Assembly (NCBI GenBank): GCA_963710375.1
Contig: CAVPZX010000002.1
Span: 288,001 to 352,000 of the forward strand
DNA length: 64,000 nt
Direction: 5' to 3'
From: Nitrospirota bacterium
GTDB lineage: Bacteria; Nitrospirota; Thermodesulfovibrionia; Thermodesulfovibrionales; Dissulfurispiraceae
Below the pieces are notes generated by a model. The model saw only the letters and a list, made by a program, of their open reading frames with translations. It was not told the DNA's origin and made no database searches. Below, one piece after another: positions 58,556 to 64,000 of the stretch. Positions within the stretch are counted from its first letter, which is position 1; each line of letters opens with the position of its first letter. A program made the translations under genes and the position numbers.

Positions 58556-58841
58556 ACTGGACTTCCTCCAATATATGCCGACCGATATGGGGTTTAAGTG
58601 TTTTCTTCATCACTAAATCGACCCTTATGCCGAGAAGGTCTTCAAGATGATGTCCCATTTCCGCGAAGGTCAGCAAACTAACTGGCCGTTCCAGCGACAC
58701 TAGAATATCAACGTCACTGTTTTCCCCTTGTTTGCCCTTGACATAGGAACCGAATACTCCTATTTCTGTGACACCGTATTTTTCACGTAATTCGTTCTTA
58801 CGCTGCCGAAGAGTCCGCTCTATTTCTTCCAACGTTTTCAT
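58548..58841 (-). CDS. MntA-like minimal nucleotidyltransferase antitoxin
   Basis: FGSYV.G.Q...SDVDILV and LG..VDLV motifs; overlaps the HEPN gene. Confidence 0.92.
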   Translation of the reverse strand: MKTLEEIERTLRQRKNELREKYGVTEIGVFGSYVKGKQGENSDVDILVSLERPVSLLTFAEMGHHLEDLLGIRVDLVMKKTLKPHIGRHILEEVQYV

Positions 58842-58859
58842 GGTCTTATTATATCAGGT

Positions 58860-59420
58860 TTAGAACTTTTCCAATGGGTAGCTTTGCTCGTTTACGGCTC
58901 GTCGTATCACATATACTGCTTGCATTTTCTTGCCAAACTGACGAGGTTCCGTTTGGCGCACTACTTCAAAACCAGCCTGAAGCCAGAACTTATAGGCGAG
59001 CCTATTATCTTCCACTATGCCGCCCATAATGGCAAGCCCATCATTTGCTTGAACATACTTGGAAAAACTCTCTAAAAACTTTCTTCCAATACCCTGTTTT
59101 CGGATCGCAGGGGTAAGCAGCATTAAGCCCATCCACCAAATATTTTCTTCCGGATAATTCCGCGTCACCTCCAGGACGCCAGTAATTGCCCCTTGACAAT
59201 TGACTAGACCAAAAACAAATTTGTCTGTTAACGATCTCCCTGGTGGGGCCGATTTAAAAATTTCTTCCGCCGCATTGGGTGAAACATCTTCCCCTTCTAC
59301 TATCCAAACATAATATGCACATTGCTCTAAAAGTTTTTGAAGTATTTCTGCATCGTCTGGATATAGTCTATGCACGGCATAATCGGAAAGACCTATCTCA
59401 AAACTCGGAGCATTATCCAT
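58860..59420 (-). CDS. GNAT acetyltransferase
   Basis: RKQGIG acetyl-CoA motif; N..A.KFW...GF. Confidence 0.85.
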   Translation of the reverse strand: MDNAPSFEIGLSDYAVHRLYPDDAEILQKLLEQCAYYVWIVEGEDVSPNAAEEIFKSAPPGRSLTDKFVFGLVNCQGAITGVLEVTRNYPEENIWWMGLMLLTPAIRKQGIGRKFLESFSKYVQANDGLAIMGGIVEDNRLAYKFWLQAGFEVVRQTEPRQFGKKMQAVYVIRRAVNEQSYPLEKF

Positions 59421-59423
59421 CAG

Positions 59424-59936
59424 CTATTCCTTTTTTATTGTTTCTATTATTTGAGCCGCGACTTGTTCCTCAGTTATTTTAGTAGTATTTATTTCAACCG
59501 CGAAATGATTGGTGGAAATGAAATTGTTTAGATATTCGTAGTCACTATCGACTGCATCCAGTTCGAGTTGCCTCTGTGTTGCATGCCTGCCGCGTTTATG
59601 GATGCGTCTCATGACTTCATCTTTCTCGCATGTCAGGCAGATCAAGATTATGGGGATACCTTTCTGAAAATATTTAATGAATTCATTGTAATGTCTTAGC
59701 TGGGGCATGGCCAATGTTATCACAAAGTTTTCTTCGCCACGGTTCACATTAAAATCAATCAGCAGCCCTACTGTTTGATAAAGCAACTCGATATCTTTTT
59801 TATCGGTCCAGTCAAAAGGGACTTTGGCGCTAAACCATTCACTTTCTATAAATACTATACCCGGGAAAAACTTGGAGAACATTAGAGCATAGCCAGTGTC
59901 AGTTTTGCCTGATAATCCGGTAATTACGATGATCAT
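59424..59936 (-). CDS. Small P-loop kinase-like protein
   Basis: IIVITGLSGKT (shortened Walker A), lid RRI.KR and C-terminal INTT.....VA..I. Confidence 0.65.
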   Translation of the reverse strand: MIIVITGLSGKTDTGYALMFSKFFPGIVFIESEWFSAKVPFDWTDKKDIELLYQTVGLLIDFNVNRGEENFVITLAMPQLRHYNEFIKYFQKGIPIILICLTCEKDEVMRRIHKRGRHATQRQLELDAVDSDYEYLNNFISTNHFAVEINTTKITEEQVAAQIIETIKKE

Positions 59937-60176
59937 TTATTTCCTTTCTTGTCCAGAGTATACGGACAATAACACGAGGAGCATCAGCCCCCTGCAAAAA
60001 CTGCAGAGGCTTAATGCCCAATATATTATGACCGATAATAACTTACACTATTTTGAAGATTTTGAGAAGCGCGCATTGCGGAAAAAGACGTGATGTCCTG
60101 CTTCACTAAGGTTTTCAACAGTTTTTCGACTTTTTCCCTTTGAAAAAAACAGCATAAGATTGTAAAATGGTCACAG

Positions 60177-60620
60177 ATGCATACTGTTACCCCAGAAGAA
60201 CTTTTTAACAAAGGGCTGGAAGCACTTGCCGGCGGCAAGATGATTCCAGCCCTCGCCAGTTTTGAAAAAGCCCTGGAACTCGAAGACAATCCGGCCTTCT
60301 ATTCTTACTTCGCCTTATGTATCGCAAAAGAGCGGGGGCAGGTGAGGAAGGCCATCAAGCTCTGCGAAGAGGCACTGCAAAAAGACCGCGAAAACACAGC
60401 TCACTATCTCAATCTCGGCAAGATACTACTCCACGCGGGCAACCGGGATGATGCCATTATAGCGTTCAGAGCCGGCCTGAAATATGGGACCGATCTCTTG
60501 ATAATAGACGAGCTTAACAAGCTCTGCATAAGAAAACCTCCGGTCATATCCTTTCTGAACAGGAACAATCCAATCAATAAATATCTCGGTATCATTTTGA
60601 AAAAACTGGGGCTCCGGTAG
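60177..60620 (+). CDS. Tetratricopeptide repeat protein
   Basis: A...FEKAL, A..LCEEAL and YLNLGKI TPR-like helices. Confidence 0.8.
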   Translation: MHTVTPEELFNKGLEALAGGKMIPALASFEKALELEDNPAFYSYFALCIAKERGQVRKAIKLCEEALQKDRENTAHYLNLGKILLHAGNRDDAIIAFRAGLKYGTDLLIIDELNKLCIRKPPVISFLNRNNPINKYLGIILKKLGLR

Positions 60621-60671
60621 ATTGGATTTGCTTTTATTGACTGCAATCTATTCACATGATATCATTTACGC

Positions 60672-61727
60672 ATGCCTGAAAAGACTATAGAATCTATAAG
60701 CGTCAAACGCCTCGAAATCCTGAACGAGAGCGGAGAAGCAGACAGTTCTCTCATGCCTTCTCTATCCGATGACAGGATAAAAAAGATGTATGAATTGCTC
60801 ATTCTTTCGAGGATATTCGACGAGCGTGCATTGAACCTTCAGAGGGAAGGCAGGCTGGGCACATATGCGCCTATTTTAGGGCAGGAGGCCTCCCAGATCG
60901 GGAGCGCATGCGCCCTTGAAAGGTCTGACTGGATATTCCCGTCCTTCAGGGAGATGGGAGTTCCTATAGCCATTGGCTATCCCATTCATATGCTTTTTCA
61001 ATACTGGGCTGGAGATGAGAGGGGTCTGCTTACCCCGGCGGATTTAAATATCTTCCCAATTTGCATACCTGTAGGAACGCATATCCCCCATGCAACAGGC
61101 GCTGCCTTTGCCGCAAAGCTTAAAGGAGACAGGACAGCAGTTGTTGCATATTTCGGCGACGGAGGCACCTCAAAGGGCGATTTTCATGAAGGGTTTAATA
61201 TGGCAGGTGTCTTCAAACTCCCTGTTGTCTTTATCTGCCAGAACAATCAATGGGCGATATCAATGCCGAGGGAGAGACAATCCGCATCAAAAACCCTTGC
61301 CCAAAAGGCATGTGCATATGGATTTGAGGGCATACAGGTTGATGGCAATGACATATTTGCTGTTTATAAGGCAACAAAAGATGCCGTAGAAAAAGCGAAA
61401 CGTGGCGAAGGCCCTACCTTTATCGAATGTTTTACCTACAGGATGTCGCATCATACGACAGCGGACGATGCTACAAGATACAGGAAAGAAGAGGAACTGG
61501 GGGCATGGAAACCAAAAGACCCTATCTTACGATTGAAATTGTTCATGGAGAAAAAAGGTATATGGACAGAACAGTATCAGAAAGAGGTAGAAGACATATC
61601 AAAAACTATTGTTGACAATGCCGTAAAAACAGCAGAATCAATTACACCTTCCCAGCCGGGGGATATGCTTGCTTACACCTGCGAAAAGCTCTCACCCCGG
61701 CAGACAAAACAGATGAAGGATTTCTGA
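60672..61727 (+). CDS. pdhA: 2-oxoacid (pyruvate) dehydrogenase E1 alpha
   Basis: GQEA.QIG, FGDGGTS.GDFHE...NNQWAIS TPP motif and YR..HHTTADD. Confidence 0.9.
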   Translation: MPEKTIESISVKRLEILNESGEADSSLMPSLSDDRIKKMYELLILSRIFDERALNLQREGRLGTYAPILGQEASQIGSACALERSDWIFPSFREMGVPIAIGYPIHMLFQYWAGDERGLLTPADLNIFPICIPVGTHIPHATGAAFAAKLKGDRTAVVAYFGDGGTSKGDFHEGFNMAGVFKLPVVFICQNNQWAISMPRERQSASKTLAQKACAYGFEGIQVDGNDIFAVYKATKDAVEKAKRGEGPTFIECFTYRMSHHTTADDATRYRKEEELGAWKPKDPILRLKLFMEKKGIWTEQYQKEVEDISKTIVDNAVKTAESITPSQPGDMLAYTCEKLSPRQTKQMKDF

Positions 61728-61728
61728 T

Positions 61729-62703
61729 ATGCCTGAAAGCTCAAAAAAAATAAACATGGTCCAGGCAATAAACCTTGCGCTTAGAGAAGAGATGCGGAGG
61801 GACAAAAACATTGTCATACTCGGCGAGGATATTGGCCTGGACGGAGGCGTTTTCCGTGTTACTGACGGACTGCTGAAAGAATTCGGGGCCGAAAGGATTG
61901 TGGACACTCCCCTTGAAGAGTCCGGGATTGTCGGCACTGCCATAGGAATGGCTGTATACGGATTAAGACCCATTGCAGAAATACAATTTATGGGCTTCAC
62001 CTATGCTGCTGTAGAACAGATTTACTCTCATGCTACAAGGATTCGCTCGCGCTCCAGAGGAAGATATACCTGCCCGCTGGTAATACGGACCCCTTACGGA
62101 GCAGGGATAAAACCGCCCGAACTTCATTCTGAGAGTGCAGAGGCTTTTTTTTGCCATATGCCAGGGTTGAAGGTTGTTGTGCCGTCAACACCGTACAATG
62201 CAAAGGGCCTGCTGATCTCATCAATAAGGGACCCTGATCCCGTTATATTCCTTGAATCAACAAGGCTCTATCGCCTCATAAAAGAAGAAGTCCCTGAAGG
62301 TGAATATACCATACCGCTAGGAAAGGCAAGAATTGTTCAGGAAGGCAAAGAGGTCACGGTTATTGCATGGGGAAGCATGCTCCATAGGGCGCTTCAGGCA
62401 GTAGAAGGCATTGATGCAGAGGTCATAGATTTAATGACCTTGAGCCCTTTTGATGAGGAGACAATATTCAGGTCAGTTAAAAAAACAGGGAGGGTCGTGA
62501 TTGTGCATGAAGCGCCGAAGACATGTGGGCTTGGCGCTGAGATATCAGCAACAATTGCAGAAGATGCTATGCTTTATATGAAGGCACCTGTAATGAGGGT
62601 GACAGGCTATGATGCTGTTATGCCGCTCCCCAAACTTGAGGACCACTATGTTCCGACCTTTGAGCGCATAAGAAAGACAATTGAAGAAGTGTTGAAATAT
62701 TAA
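61729..62703 (+). CDS. pdhB: 2-oxoacid dehydrogenase E1 beta
   Basis: GED.G..GGVFR.T, DTPL.E.GI, EIQF and HSES motifs. Confidence 0.9.
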   Translation: MPESSKKINMVQAINLALREEMRRDKNIVILGEDIGLDGGVFRVTDGLLKEFGAERIVDTPLEESGIVGTAIGMAVYGLRPIAEIQFMGFTYAAVEQIYSHATRIRSRSRGRYTCPLVIRTPYGAGIKPPELHSESAEAFFCHMPGLKVVVPSTPYNAKGLLISSIRDPDPVIFLESTRLYRLIKEEVPEGEYTIPLGKARIVQEGKEVTVIAWGSMLHRALQAVEGIDAEVIDLMTLSPFDEETIFRSVKKTGRVVIVHEAPKTCGLGAEISATIAEDAMLYMKAPVMRVTGYDAVMPLPKLEDHYVPTFERIRKTIEEVLKY

Positions 62704-62724
62704 GAAGGTGTGAAGGAGAATACT

Positions 62725-63897
62725 ATGCCGTTCGATTTTAAATTGCCTGATTTGGGTGAAGGCATAACAGAGGGCGAGATAAGAAAATGGCTCGTTAAGG
62801 AAGGTGATTCGGTGGAGGAGCACCAGAACGTCCTTGAGATAGAGACGGACAAGGCAATTGTAGAAGTGCCGGCTCCAAAAGCAGGGAAGGTAATAAAGAT
62901 AAATAAAGAGGAAGGAGAGACGGCAAAGGTTGGAGATGTTCTTATTACTATTGCAGAAAAAGGTGAAGTCCCTGAAGAAAAACCGAAGCCGGAAGAAAAG
63001 CAGAAATCCGTCTCTGTTGTCGGCGTTCTTCCCGAAGAGGAGGAGGTGCTTGCAACGCCTGCGGCGCGTGCCATGGCCAGGGAACGTGGCGTAGTAATCG
63101 AGGCTGTCCGGGGTACGGGTCCGGGGGGCAGTGTTACCCTCGATGATGTCATCAAGGCCGCCAGCACGGCCGGCAAAGCTGAGGACAGGTACGGCCCCTC
63201 CGAGAGGGTCCCTCTGAGAGGGTTACGGAAGACTATAGCAAAAAACCTTATCACCGCCCAGAAGACAACCGCCTTTGTAACAGCTATGGAAGAAGCCGAC
63301 ATTACCGAGTTATGGGACCTCAGGGCACGCGAGATGAAATCGCTTCTGGACAGGGGGGTACATCTTACATTTCTTCCTTTTATCATCAAGGCGGTGTACC
63401 ATGCCCTCGCGGGGCACCCGCTGCTCAATTCTTCCATCGACGATGATCGGGAGGAAATCATCATCAAAAAATACTACAATATCGGCATCGCGGTGGACAC
63501 ACCGGACGGGCTCATGGTCCCGGTAATACAAGAGGCCGACAAAAAAACCATCCTCGAGCTTTCCCTTGCTATACAGGGACTAAGCGCAAAGGCAAAGGAC
63601 AGAAAAATAAAAGTAGAGGAGATGAAAGGGAGCACCTTCACAATAACCAATTACGGACACTTCGGCGGGACTTTTGCAACACCGATTATCAATTATCCCG
63701 ACGTCGCCATACTCGGGACAGGAAGGATTTCAGAGAAACCGTGGGTCAAAGACGGCCTCATTGTCATAAGGAGGATACTCCCTCTCTCTCTGACCTTTGA
63801 TCACAGGGTTACTGACGGCGTTGATGCTTCAGAATTCCTGGCAAAGGTAGTAAACTATCTCGAAGACCCGGCGTTGATTTTCATCGAGAGTGCATGA
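62725..63897 (+). CDS. pdhC: Dihydrolipoamide acyltransferase E2
   Basis: ETDKA lipoyl site, ATPAAR..A E3-binding domain and FDHR..DG catalytic motif. Confidence 0.92.
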   Translation: MPFDFKLPDLGEGITEGEIRKWLVKEGDSVEEHQNVLEIETDKAIVEVPAPKAGKVIKINKEEGETAKVGDVLITIAEKGEVPEEKPKPEEKQKSVSVVGVLPEEEEVLATPAARAMARERGVVIEAVRGTGPGGSVTLDDVIKAASTAGKAEDRYGPSERVPLRGLRKTIAKNLITAQKTTAFVTAMEEADITELWDLRAREMKSLLDRGVHLTFLPFIIKAVYHALAGHPLLNSSIDDDREEIIIKKYYNIGIAVDTPDGLMVPVIQEADKKTILELSLAIQGLSAKAKDRKIKVEEMKGSTFTITNYGHFGGTFATPIINYPDVAILGTGRISEKPWVKDGLIVIRRILPLSLTFDHRVTDGVDASEFLAKVVNYLEDPALIFIESA

Positions 63898-64000
63898 ATT
63901 CACGCGAGGTCCTCGACTCTCTCTTCAGTCCTGAAAGCATCGTTATTGTCGGTGCATCCCATTCAGAGAAAAAGCTTGGCGGCATTGTACTCAAGAATCT
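63894..64000 (+). CDS. Acetate-CoA ligase (ADP-forming) family / CoA-binding protein, 5' end only
   Basis: ATGA overlap with pdhC; reads MNSREVLDSLFSPESIVIVGASHSEKKLGGIVLKN. Confidence 0.75.
   Translation, partial: MNSREVLDSLFSPESIVIVGASHSEKKLGGIVLKN

Noticed and set aside
58842..59950. GNAT/kinase genes as integron cassettes
   Set aside because: No attC-like inverted core sites and no integron integrase seen

Overview
Gene-dense 64 kb chromosomal window from an anaerobic bacterium. The gene set (acsE-D-C-B-cooS Wood-Ljungdahl carbonyl branch, nfnAB, a NifA-type activator, trmFO-xerC-hslVU-argB) suggests a Thermodesulfovibrionia-like Nitrospirota or a deltaproteobacterium; this placement is inference only. 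Core genes are recN (3' end), aroD, a soj/parA-like ATPase, EndoQ, dusB, scpA, hisG, murB, nfo, ileS, lspA, pdhABC and three tRNAs (Ala-CGC, Gln-CTG, Glu-CTC). Most notable observations: (1) a ~3.1 kb integrase-less island in tRNA-Glu, bounded by a 44-bp direct repeat, carrying a Sir2-family gene broken by one in-frame TGA and a chain of antitoxin modules whose toxins are mostly missing; (2) a ~275-bp mirror-image intergenic region with two divergent consensus sigma-54 promoters, IHF-like sites and TGGA-N5-TCCA boxes, driving a solute-binding protein plus chemoreceptor on one side and a MshEN-like/cNMP/degenerate-AAA/membrane Fe-S protein on the other; (3) a 414-bp IS21-derived mini-element whose end supplies the start codon of a flavoprotein; (4) several MITEs and palindromic or tandem repeats, two of them inside coding sequence (trmFO, rlpA); (5) two small lysine-rich ORFs missed by the ORF track and two apparent frameshifts. 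All calls come from motif recognition by eye; no database searches were run.
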